From positions 96,782,001-96,846,000 of the forward strand of contig OX597819.1 in the NCBI GenBank assembly GCA_951406725.2: a DNA stretch of 64,000 nt. Direction: 5' to 3'. The position numbers and the translations under genes were made by a program. The notes beneath the pieces are model-generated. The model searched no databases, was not told the DNA's origin, and was given only the letters and a program-made list of their open reading frames with translations. Position 1 is the first letter of the stretch. Every line of letters begins with the position of its first letter. Source of the DNA: Octopus vulgaris. Lineage: Eukaryota. Positions 14,368-25,977 of the stretch are shown here, piece by piece.

Positions 14368-14945
14368 CATTCCTACTCCACCTTCCCTATCCTTCCCATC
14401 CCCCATCTCATCCCCCATCCTATCTCCTACACCCTCTCCCACATATCCCACCTCTACCCCCACCCGTGCTTTCCCCACTCTTGCCTCCCCACCTCTCAAC
14501 AACATCACACCACACCACACTACACACATCACATCACAACACACCACCCACACACCAGCACTGACCAATTCCCATCCCCACATTTTCACGCCTACAGATA
14601 CATGCACGCACACGTCCAGACCACCAGCCCTCTTTCACACGCACATACCTACTCTCTTATACACACACGCACCTTCGTGTTGGGGGGGTCATCTTTACTT
14701 TGTTATCTCTCCTACTTCTTCGCTCTCCTGTGTGACCCTTTTGTCGCCATGATAGATCGTTAGCCACTACATACATTTTTTCTTTCCTTGTTTCTCTCCT
14801 TGTTTTTTTCTGTATCCCTTTCTGTTGAAGAACGTAGGCTCGAAACATAAAAGACTTTTTTCTATTCCTGAGCGTTATACTAATACATCTGTTTGTTTTG
14901 TACACCACCTGTCTTCGTCTTTTGTTTTTTTCGTAAACTCTCCCT
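14368..14945 (+). mobile_element. 3' end (pLTR region) of Neptune-like PLE family B
   Basis: Reverse complement of 21860-22510; carries a hammerhead-like motif; flanked by (AT)n. Confidence 0.85.
14818..14853 (+). ncRNA. Minimal type-I hammerhead motif (A6U variant, degenerate)
   Basis: CTTT-CTGTTGA-A-GAAC gtag GCTC-GAAA-CATA-AAAG. Confidence 0.55.
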
Positions 14946-14958
14946 ATATATATATATA

Positions 14959-15027
<69 letters not shown>

Positions 15028-15446
15028 GAAATTCGAATAGTTTTATATTTACAGATATTTATTTGTATATTACATGTTTTTATACATCATATAACTTAGA
15101 TCATATATTAGCGCTTTCTCCCATTCTAGTGGGGTTTTCAAATCGAACTAAGTTCCTGTGAAAAAGTTTTGGCCATTTTATAGTATTGTTGAGTGTGTAG
15201 TGGTTGGAAGGGATATAAGATAGTACAATAGGGTGATGAATGGGGTATGTATGTATGTATGTACTTCGCTTGGAAACAAGCTCCTCTTATAGGGATGTAA
15301 AGCATCCAATTTTCACTAGTTGACTATTCAATACCCAATATATAATATTTAGACCCCGATAGACAAAATACCATACTTCAATAAATCAGTACTCCACTCT
15401 GATATTGTGTGTGTGTGTGTGTGTGCGTGCGCGCGCGCGTACGTGC

Positions 15447-15510
<64 letters not shown>

Positions 15511-16777
15511 GTGTGTAATCTCTTAGAAGATTCGCTGTGCAGCTCTATGGCAAAGAAAAAAATCGTCTTGCCTGGAATCTATATTTTTTTCGTTAGTGAA
15601 GTAGAAGGGATAAAATAATTACCTACGCACACACACAAACACAAACACACACACATACACACACTCATACACACTCACTCATACACACACATGTATATGC
15701 CTGTGTATTTGAGTGTATCTATGTATGTATGTATACTCACATAAGCTCATACACATATTCACACACAAAAGTAACCATCCAGAAATATTTATCTTGTTCC
15801 TATAATTGTTCTTTTTCAATTTTCTCATCTAACCAAATATTAATCGCACCAAATGACTTAACCTAGGTAGATTACGTTGTAACAAGTTCTTGCTATCAGC
15901 TGCTCTACAATACCTCTACTGAACTGATAAGTTGGTCATCGATATTCTCGTATCAATGAATGAGCCTGAGTATTATAATGCACGAAAAGAATAATATTGA
16001 CGTCTCGGAAAATCACAGCGAATTCGAATCGTTCTCATCACTCAGCATTGATCTTTAAGTTGTTATTATATCTCGAGAAAAGAACCTAAGTGCTTTTGTA
16101 GATCGGTTTTGTCAATGGTTACAAAGTAATTTCATTCGCTAATATTTTTCTGGTTCCCTTAGTGCATTGCCTTCAATCAACTCGAGATCTTTTTTGTAGG
16201 ACCTCTGAAGGGAAATAAATGACAGCTTCTAATGCACCATTTTAATTCATCAGTATTTATTATCTCGAAAGATTAACAAAAGAGGGTCAAGGGGTCTATT
16301 AAGTGCAATGTGCAATGATTGTATTCTAGCAGAGAATTCCGGAAAGAATGGAATCCGTTTTCCTGGTGATTTAAAATACGAAACAATTCTCTGAAACATA
16401 AAACTAGAAATAATTACTTGAAGATTCTTTTATACTTTAGTTAAAATAACAATCACTTCTAACAAAATATCTGGTGTTTTTCTCGCAATAAACACCTTAA
16501 ATACAGATCTGTTTACATTAAATCAATGGCATGTCTCAGTCATTTGAAACTACAGCATTTCCGCAATTTTCTTTCTCTTTTAGGACTAGGTTAATATTCT
16601 GATTATACTTCGAAATATTAACCTCATCTTTACTACAATTAATTTAGAAATAACGGTTCCAATTTGAAATCAGCCCGGACCATGTACATATCTGAGAATA
16701 AGATACCTGATGACGATCGACATGTAGTGACGATCGACATGTAGTGACGATCGACATGTAGTGAAGCTCTAAATATT

Positions 16778-17650
16778 CTTTTCTACTCTAGGCACAATGT
16801 CCGAAATTTTGGGGGAGGGGGAAGTCGATTAGATCACCCCCAGTACGCAACTGGTACATAATTTATCAATCCCGAAAGGAGGAAAGGCAAAGTCGACCTC
16901 TGTAGAATTTGAACTCAGCACATAAAGACAGACGAAATACCGCTAGGCATTTCGCCCAGTGTGCTAACGTTTCTGCCAGCTCGCCGCCTTGTGAAGCTCT
17001 AAATATTTATTTAGAGGGCTAAACGTAGATGGGACAAACGAGGACAGACAAAGGGATCAAGTCAATTATATCGACTCCGGTGCGTAACTGGTACTTATTT
17101 AATCGACCCCGAAAGGATGAAAGGCAAAGTCAACCTCGGCGGAATTTGAACTTAGAACGTAAAGACAAACGAAATACCTATTTCTTTACTACCCACAAGG
17201 GGCTAAACACAGAGAGGACAAACAAGGACAGACAAACAGATTAAATCGATTATATCGGTACCAGTGCGTAACTGGTGCTTATTTAATCGACCCCGAAAGG
17301 ATGAACAGCAAAGTCGACCTCGGCGGAATTTGAACTCAGAACGTAACGGCAGACGAAAGCATTTCGCTCGGCGTGCTAACGTTTCTGCCAGCTCGCCGCC
17401 TTATGAAGCTCTAAATATTTATTTCTTTATTGTCCACGGGGGGCTAAACGTAGAGAGGACAAACAAGGACAGACAAAGGTATCAAGTCGATTACATGGAG
17501 TCCAGTGCGTAACTGGTACTTATTTAATCGACCCCGAAAGGATGAAAGGCAAAGTCGACCTCGGCGGAATTTGGACTCGGAACGTAAAGACAGACGAAAT
17601 ACCGCTTCGCATTTCGCCCGGCGTGCTAACGTTTCTGCCAGCTCGCCACC
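16778..17650 (-). mobile_element. Stack of four family-A SINEs, two tail subtypes, punctuated by a reused target duplication
   Basis: (G/A)TGAAGCT(C/G)TAAATATT at 16761, 16991, 17403, 17653. Confidence 0.92.
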
Positions 17651-17880
17651 CTGTGAAGCTGTAAATATTAAAACATGTTTCATTTCAAAAGTTGAGATAA
17701 ACTGAAAATATATTATCGTATTAATAATCTCAAACATCTTAACATTTAAGTCGGCTCTGTTGTTTTCTCTTTATAAAGTATTATATTAAAGAATACATTT
17801 GCGCGTGTTGATGATCGACAGTTAAGTCATTGATATACACATTAGGTTTTAGTTGAAAAAACTGTAAAATCAGCTTTATA

Positions 17881-18321
17881 GAATGGACTGATATGTTAGT
17901 TACGCAGTTATTCTTCGTTAATCTGTGCATTGTCATTTCTATTAATGTATATTGGATTTTATCAAAATTTAGCAACCCTTTTTAAGAGTCATTTAACGAA
18001 TGCTGTTAAAGCTGGATCTAGAGAGAAATAGGGTTCTTAGAAATTAGAAGAAAGATATTGTCAATGGTTAACCACTTAATAATGTTACTTGGTAGCCAAT
18101 AGCGTTAAACCAACAGTTGGCATGTGAATTGAATGATAACTTGAACAGAATCTGTGTTTGGATGCTCGAATACTTCAGAAGTGTTTCTGGTAAGAGTTGT
18201 ACAACAATCGAGGGCTGCATAAATATCAGAACTCGGATTACTATTAAACTTAGAGAATGAATTGGTGAGCGGATAAATGAAGTAGTGAGCGGATAAAACA
18301 TAGGGTGTTTTGCAGAACAGG
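17881..18321. repeat. 441-bp direct duplication, copy 1 (copy 2 at 20838-21278)
   Basis: Near-identical sequence; only one substitution noticed (agtAgtgagc vs agtGgtgagc). Confidence 0.95.
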
Positions 18322-18751
18322 ACTCTTAAATCGACTTCTCAACAGTTCATTTCTATCTCAAGAATAGCATACCTTCTGAGAACATTACCAACAAGAGATT
18401 CTCAGATTCTCTTGAAAGTATCTATTTTTTATTAGCTTAAATGTATGAGATGTATCAGCTTTATAAGTCTTTGTATAACTTCAGAACATAATTGCTATTA
18501 TTTCTTGTGCAGGTGCAGGCTGGGATATAGATATGTGCAGCAGCAACTTCAGTACTAATTTCAGCTTGTTTTCTATTTTATAGAAAACTATTTGCCGAAT
18601 CGCTAAGTTACACCATTTTACACAACACGAGTTTATTACATAAGCTTAAATAAACGCAGGTATATATATATATATATATATAAGAATTTTTTGCGTAATG
18701 AGATAAAAAAACCAAGGCTTTGTGGATATTAGAACATTAATAGATAGAAGC

Positions 18752-18797
18752 TCTTACAGCTGTTTCCAGGATATTTATTATATCCCTTCTTCGGAGA
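18752..18797 (-). ncRNA. Minimal hammerhead motif (U4C core variant)
   Basis: TCT-CCGAAGA-AGGGATAT aataa ATATCCTG-GAAA-CAGCTG-TA-AGA; palindromic stem III. Confidence 0.65.
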
Positions 18798-19263
18798 CGG
18801 TGTGAGAGGATGGTTAAGTAATAGTTAAATTTAGATAGGATGCAAAATAGAGAGTGAGGTGGAGGAAAGAAAATACGTGTGAGATATATAGGGATATTGA
18901 ATTTGTAGATCTATATTTTAGGCAGAATGGTATATACGAAAGATTCCAATACCTTATGAGAAAAATCCAACAGTATTTAAAATTGTTTATTCCAAGTATA
19001 GAGTGTATATACAATGTAAGATTCCAATACCTTATGAGTTAGATCCAACAGTATTTAAAATTGGTCTTTGAATGAACAATTTTAAATTCTGCTGGATTTT
19101 TCTCATAAGGTATTGGAATCTTACATATATACCATTCTGCCTAAAAAATGGATCTATAAATTCAATATCCCTATATATCTCACATCTATTTTCTTTCCTC
19201 CACCTCACTCTCTATTTTGTATCCTATCTAAATTAACTATTACTTAACTGTCCACTCACACCA

Positions 19264-19313
19264 TCTCCGATGAAAGAATATAATTAATAAATATCATGGA
19301 AACAGCTGTTAGA
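19264..19313 (+). ncRNA. Minimal hammerhead motif (U4C core variant), inverted partner
   Basis: TCT-CCGATGA-...ATAT...ATAT...-GAAA-CAGCTG-TT-AGA. Confidence 0.55.
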
Positions 19314-19849
19314 CGTTCTATCTATAAATGTTCTAATATCTACACAGCGTTGGCTTTTTATCGCATTACGCAAAAAATTCTTATATACACACGCTGGCAT
19401 ATGACCAACGTCGAACCCCTTATTCGCAAAATCACCGAACCTGGAACTTAACTATGGTCTGTCTATAGCATTTATTCAGCATTACCTGACACCTTTGGGT
19501 CTCAATGACACCATTACCTCTAATAACCTATATATATATATACATATATATAGTGGGGTGATTATATATATATATATATATATATACATTAACTAGCAAA
19601 GTAGCTGGTTAGAAAATTTCAGTAAGAGATGAAAGTAGTAATTATACTAAGAGTAATGTTTATCACCACATCAGTATGGCTGTTCGACGTTACTACCATT
19701 TAACCCCAGGCAGAGCCTCCGCCAGCTGGTTATCGGTGCAATCTGCGCCCTAATATATATTACTAGCAGGGGAACGAACTCATACCTTTTAACAGGACAT
19801 ACATATATCTACATGTGTGTGTGTGTGTGTGTGCGTGTGTGTGTCTCTT

Positions 19850-20200
19850 TTACGCCCTTTTATCGTAAAGGTAAAGGGTCGTAAAGATAGTGCCCTCAGA
19901 CACCTCTTCTTTAGGGTTTTATCTGAAGCAACCGCCATCAGACTTTCCAGCTGGATTCCAAAGCGTGACCAACTGAGCTATGGATAGCATCAGTTTCCTT
20001 CTTGGTCTACCACTAGGTTTCCTGCCGGTTGCCTTGTTTTGTGATTCTTTCCTTCGACATTCTAATCACATGTCTATAGTACCGGAACTGTGACCTCTCA
20101 CTGCATAGAAGTAGTGACTGGAATTGAGAGACTCCCTGATCTCCGAGCAACTCACCCTGTCGAGTAACGCAACTGCAGAGGTTACTCCGCCAACCAAGTT
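19850..20200 (-). mobile_element. RTE-clade LINE 3' fragment, degenerate
   Basis: LLDRV..SEIRESL...LLL.SERSQFRYYRHVIRMSKERI (R.RW.GHV.RM region). Confidence 0.75.
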
Positions 20201-20837
20201 CCACACACATTTACCTAAAGTGCTGTGCAGTGAAATCAATCTCGAAACATCTTGGTTGTGAAACGAACTTGTTAACAACACGATAATGCCTTCGAAATGA
20301 CGTGCAATTGCACAGTTCTGTCAGCCTGATTCCACCTACACACCACACGCTACAGAACAAAGAATTTTCAAACATTACTTTTAATTTATGCAGCGTCAAA
20401 TATTAAAACCTGGCAATTTTTGGTTTGGAAATTATCGTAATATGTTTTATTTTCTGAATATTTAATGAAAAATTTTAAGGAATATATAATGATTGATCTT
20501 AAGAAAATATATTTCATATACTCGCTCAAGCAACAAAACAGTATTGTTTATTTTGGAAAAAATCTGTGAAATTTAATAATATTGTATTCGAAAATGACAT
20601 AAAATTAATGTATAGTGTTTGAAATGGGGAATATATATATTCTTCGAAAGAGGTGAAAATAGTAGATTTTTTTTCTTTACTTTTTTCTTGTAGAATTAAC
20701 TTGTCAACCTTTCACGTTGGGGAAAACGGTTTTTTTTTTTGTATTTTTTTTAAACTCATTAAAATGTTTGTGCAGTAAATGCATAGAAAGTGAACATTGT
20801 AGGTTCAATATTCAGATCTTTTTCTGGTTGTTACAAC

Positions 20838-21278
20838 GAATGGACTGATATGTTAGTTACGCAGTTATTCTTCGTTAATCTGTGCATTGTCATTTCTATT
20901 AATGTATATTGGATTTTATCAAAATTTAGCAACCCTTTTTAAGAGTCATTTAACGAATGCTGTTAAAGCTGGATCTAGAGAGAAATAGGGTTCTTAGAAA
21001 TTAGAAGAAAGATATTGTCAATGGTTAACCACTTAATAATGTTACTTGGTAGCCAATAGCGTTAAACCAACAGTTGGCATGTGAATTGAATGATAACTTG
21101 AACAGAATCTGTGTTTGGATGCTCGAATACTTCAGAAGTGTTTCTGGTAAGAGTTGTACAACAATCGAGGGCTGCATAAATATCAGAACTCGGATTACTA
21201 TTAAACTTAGAGAATGAATTGGTGAGCGGATAAATGAAGTGGTGAGCGGATAAAACATAGGGTGTTTTGCAGAACAGG
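20838..21278. repeat. 441-bp direct duplication, copy 2
   Basis: See 17881-18321. Confidence 0.95.
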
Positions 21279-21294
21279 TATTAAAGTTTAATAT

Positions 21295-21502
21295 TTGTTT
21301 CAAATTTTGGCACATAAGGCCAGCAATTTTAGGTGAGGGGTGAAGTTAATTACATCAACTCCAATGCTCAACTGGTACTTATTTTATCGACATCGAAAGG
21401 GTGAAAGGCGATATCGACCTCGGCGGAATTTGAACCCAGAAAACGGACGAAATACCGCTAAACATTTTGCCGATGTGCTAATGATTCTGCCAGCTCACCG
21501 CT
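21295..21502 (-). mobile_element. Family-A SINE
   Basis: Core motif match. Confidence 0.85.
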
Positions 21503-21738
21503 TATATTATTAAGTTTAATATTCGAACTATTTCTCTGTCCGTTGTCCTGTCACAGATGTCATGACGAATGAAAAAGAAGCTTACTTCCCAACTATGTGA
21601 TCTTTGGTTCAGTCTCATAGCGTGGCACCTTGGACAAGTGTCTTCTACTATAGCCTCGGGGTAACCAAAGCCTTGTAAGTGGATTTGGTACAAGGAATAT
21701 GAAAGAAGCTCATCGTATACATACATACATACATACAC

Positions 21739-21787
<49 letters not shown>

Positions 21788-21859
21788 GTGTGTGTGTGTG
21801 TGTCCATTGCAAGGAAACAAGCTCCTAGTTAACTGATCAATACCCGATATATAATATTT

Positions 21860-23070
21860 AGGGGAAGAATTCACAAAAAAAAAAAAAAAGATGAAGACAG
21901 GTGGTGTAGACAACAAACAGATGTAGTAGTATAACGCTCGGGAAGTAAAAATGTCTTTAACGTTTCGAGCCTACACTCTTCCACAGAAAGGAACACAGAA
22001 AGAAACAAGGAGAGCACATAAATAATGTGTAATGGCTAGCGATCTATCATGGCGAATGCCGGATAGAAAGGTCACACAGGAAAACTAGGGTGAAGAGGAG
22101 ATAATAAAGTAGTGGTGATCCCAAAACGAAGGTGTGCGTGTGTATAAGAGAGTTTGTACGTGCGTGTGGAAGACGGCTGGTGATCTTCACGTGTACGTGT
22201 TTGTATGTGTAGGTGTGAAAATGTGGGTCTGGGAAGTGGTCAGTGCTGTTGTGTGCGTGGTGGTGTGTTGTGATGTGACGTGTTGTGTGGTATGGTAGTG
22301 TAAGGTGTAGTGGTGTGTGGTGCAGTTTGATGGTGTTGGGAGGTGGGGGAGGAGACAGTGGTGAAAGCAAGGGTGGAGTGTGGGTTAGGCTGACGGTCGG
22401 GGTAGAGGTGAGGTATGTGGGTAGGCGGAGGGTGGGAGTGGGTGTAAGGGATGAGGTGGGGTGGGATGGGGAAGGATAGGGTAGGTGGGGGTGGAATGTG
22501 TAGGAGTGGGCTTACGATGGAGGGGTGACGATGAAGGGGAAGGAGAAGAGAGAAGGAGAATAGCAGTGAAGAGAAGTAGGAGTCGGAGCAAGAGAGGAGA
22601 GGTGGGCGGGAGGAAGTAGATGTGAGGTGGGAGAGGCGAAGGGAGGAGGTTAGCTAAAGAGGGGAGGGGAGTTGAGCCCATGTGGCGCAAAGGAGCAAAG
22701 AGAGAAGATTAATCCCTGTTCACGGCGCAAACGGGAGTCCAGATGGCCTCTGTGCAAGGACAATCCGAACACGGACATGTGCTGCAAAGAGTGACCAGTA
22801 GAACGGAAATGGCGCGAGACTGGGGTGTCATTGCCGAGTTGGATGTCTCGAAGGTGTTCTGTGAACCGGTCAGCCAAGAGGCGTCCCGTTTGCCCGATGT
22901 TTAGAGAAGAGCAGAGAGAGCAGGAGATGCAGTAGATGATATTGGTAGAAGTGCAGGTGAAGGAGTCGGTGATGTGACAGGGTCGATGATGGGTGCCGGT
23001 GATGAGAGTGGTGTTGGAGAGGTAAGGGCAAGTACGGAAGCGTAGGCGGAAGCAGGGGAACGAGCCGGGT
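21860..23070 (-). mobile_element. 5'-truncated Neptune-like PLE family B: Zn-linker + GIY-YIG endonuclease + 3' pLTR
   Basis: ORF 22650-23084: FPC...TCPY...FTCTSTNIIYCISCSLC..NIGQTGR.LADRF.EH...PVSRHF..GH...RE...APHGLN. Confidence 0.92.
21955..21990 (-). ncRNA. Minimal hammerhead motif (A6U variant)
   Basis: CTTT-CTGTGGA-A-GAGT gtag GCTC-GAAA-CG-TT-AAAG. Confidence 0.62.
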
Positions 23071-23589
23071 AGAATAAATACCAAACTTCAACAAATCAGT
23101 ACTGAGGTAGATTTGTTCAACTAAACCGCCAAAGGCGATACCTCAGCTTGGTTGCATCTAATGACTGGATCAAGTGAAAAAAAGAAACGAAAAAAAAAGA
23201 GGTCTCAAATTTAAGTTGGTAGTTGATTATATCAACCTTTGTATTAGATTGGTTTTTCCTCTTATCGACCTCTGGGGGATGAAAGGTAAAGTTTATTTCA
23301 ACGAAATTAGAACTGCAACTAAACACCGTGATACCTGTTCCTCAACAAAGTAACAGTATTACTAATCCCTCTCCCATCGTAGCCTATTACCCTGTACCAA
23401 TTCTCCATCGTGTCTGAATCAACCACCCGGTACCAATCCGTTCTCCACTACTAATACAATACCCTCTATCATTCTACCTCCCTGCACCAGTCCACCAATA
23501 TTTAAATACTCAACTCTGATATTGCTTGCAAATATTGACCCAAGGTCAACCATTTGTGTGTGTGTGCGTGTGTCTGTATGGTGGTTGTG

Positions 23590-23766
23590 GTGGGGAAGTA
23601 AATCGATTAAATCGGCTTCAGTTCTCAACTAGTACTTACTTATCGACCCCAAAAGGATAAAGGCAAGGTCGACCTCGACGGAATTTGAACTCAAAGCATA
23701 AAGACGGACGAAATGCCGCTAAGCATTTTACCCGGCGTGCCAACGTCTCCACTATCTCGCCGTCTT
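23590..23766 (-). mobile_element. Family-A SINE
   Basis: Core motif match. Confidence 0.85.
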
Positions 23767-23779
23767 ATACTCAAATAAG

Positions 23780-24290
23780 AACATGAACAGTGAATGATTC
23801 TTGAACTATCAGTTTGGAATTCTAATCCTGTGATGTTTCTACTCTACAGAGGATGGCCATTAATTTGTTGACCTGGTCAAGATACGATACACTTCATAAA
23901 AACAGGTTAACAAACCCTCACATACCGTCTCTGAACTCTTAGTACGTTATCAAAAGAACAATTACTCATTTATTTTCTCGATATATTTCCTGACTACAAA
24001 GAATCATTAAGACTATTATTGACTTTTATACAAGCTAACTATTCTCCGAACATTATATGTATTCATATCTATTATATAACAATTTGACTTAACCATGTTT
24101 TTTTAAGATACCAAATATTTACTTGACTCCATTGTGAATAAATCTGGTTGAAAAACTCAAGAAGTAATGTTGTTTTGTTTAACAGTTACCCCCAGTGCAC
24201 CCCTCGACGGGAGCTTTGGGAAAAGTACTCACTGCCTTAAAATCTCAAATCACCAGGATTACATCAACCTTTTCACGAACAATTCTAACT
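23780..24290 (-). pseudogene. CUB-domain pseudo-exon (best preserved)
   Basis: EGCTGVTV...TS*VFQP, SNCSFDNV(fs)EFRDG and SRNITGLEFQTDSS match the CUB pattern C..G.F.SP / C.YD.LEI.DG / N.L.L.F.TD.S; contains stops and a frameshift. Confidence 0.7.
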
Positions 24291-24299
24291 TGTCACAAT

Positions 24300-24517
24300 G
24301 GTTTCAAATTTTGGCACAAGGCCAGAAATTTCAGTGTGAGGACTTTAGTCGGTTACATCAACCTCAGTACTCAACTGATACTTGTTTTATCGACCTCGAA
24401 AAGATAGAAAGAAATGACGACCTCGGCGGAATTTGAATTCAGAAATTAAGGAACCGGAAAAAAATGACACTTATCATGGAGTCCCACGCACAAACGATTC
24501 TGTCAACTTGCCGCCTT
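24300..24517 (-). mobile_element. Family-A SINE
   Basis: Core motif match, degenerate. Confidence 0.8.
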
Positions 24518-24747
24518 ATTCTTTCTTTTGTAATCGTATATAGTCATCACTTAGAATTATACTATATGTAACCATTTCTACATATTCTACAAATAAGCAT
24601 TTCTACATTTAGCTAATTCTTAGTTCTTAAGGAAAGGACAGTATCTGTGTTATTGCTTGTGTAATATTAGTTTCTTTTAATATCTTTTAATAAGATGCAT
24701 TGCCTGACGTCTTAGCTATTCATTGTAGATAAACCTCCAGAAGACAT

Positions 24748-25110
24748 AGGTGCAGGCACTGCTGTGTGGTTAAGAATTTCACTCGGCTGGCACGTGGTTT
24801 CGGTTTCAATCCCACTTCGCAGCACCTTGGGAAAGTACCTTCTACTATAGCCCTGGGTTGACCAATGCCTTGTGAGTAAATTTGGCAGACAAAAGCTGTG
24901 TGGAAACCAGTCATGTATATATATATATGCACGCGTGAATGAGTGTGTGTATGTGCGTGTGTCTCAGTAATTTACCCCCTTCTACCACTTGACAAATTAA
25001 CCGTTGTTGGTTAGCTTACCTTACCGTAACCTAGAGGTTCAACAGGAAAAAAATCGATAAACTAAGTTCCAAATATTAAAAAAATGTAAGCGGTGAGCTC
25101 GATTGGATCG
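24748..25110 (+). mobile_element. Family-B (CORE-like) SINE, degenerate
   Basis: gcaggcactgctgtgtggttaag...caccttgggaaagt...ccttgtgagt. Confidence 0.75.
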
Positions 25111-25629
25111 TTTAATCGTCTGAAATAAGTCAAAGGTAAAACATACTTCAATACAATCACTAAGAAAAATATAGACTTTTATAGATGCGTGTACACCATC
25201 GTATATCGCTTCCCACCACCATCATGCATGCTTTCTGTAACATCTATTCTCGCCCACCTGTAAAATCTATTCTCGCCAAGCGCCAAATGTATATGCCCAC
25301 ATTCCTCATACATACAAATTCATAATCAACTTCACGCACGATTATATTTGTAAAACCTATCAGGGATATTTGATTGGTTAGAAATAATCCTCAGTAGATG
25401 TAAAGTATGGAGAACAACTTCTTTATTTCCTCTGATGATCGTTGCTACCCACTTGAACATTTGCCTGAAACTATGGTGTGGATAAATAATAAAGAACTCA
25501 GACAGGCGTTGAGATGCACAAACACCCACCTATCCACCCCCACACACATACACACACGCGCAAGCACACACCCACACATCCACAGGGGCACACGCGTTCA
25601 TATATACACTTTTACATACGTGTGTGTAT

Positions 25630-25634
25630 GATTG

Positions 25635-25665
<31 letters not shown>

Positions 25666-25703
25666 GCGTATGTATATGCATGTAAATGTATATATATATA
25701 TGC

Positions 25704-25762
<59 letters not shown>

Positions 25763-25881
25763 TGTATATATAAATATATATGTGTGTATACATGTGTGTG
25801 CATATATATATATAATTTCCAGCCATGTTTCTGTATGTATGTATGTATATTTGAGGGTAATGGGTAGAAAGATAAATAGGT

Positions 25882-25977
<96 letters not shown>
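25630..25977. repeat. (AT)n-rich tract and (GATA)n microsatellite
   Basis: Direct reading. Confidence 0.95.

Larger units (their letters stand above)
18681..19383. mobile_element. Fold-back (inverted) PLE-like pLTR pair, one hammerhead motif per arm
   Basis: Arms ~18681-18985 and ~19073-19383 are diverged reverse complements; flanked by (TA)n. Confidence 0.8.
21575..23190 (+). mobile_element. Family-B SINE split by PLE insertion (5' half 21575-21720, 3' half ~23070-23190)
   Basis: Halves match the intact copy at 31211. Confidence 0.65.

Noticed and set aside
16710-17669. CRISPR-like repeat-spacer appearance
   Set aside because: Spacers are ~200-400-bp SINEs, repeats are TSDs, the context is eukaryotic and there are no cas genes
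17881-21278. LTR pair
   Set aside because: No TG/CA termini, PBS, PPT or gag-pol between the copies
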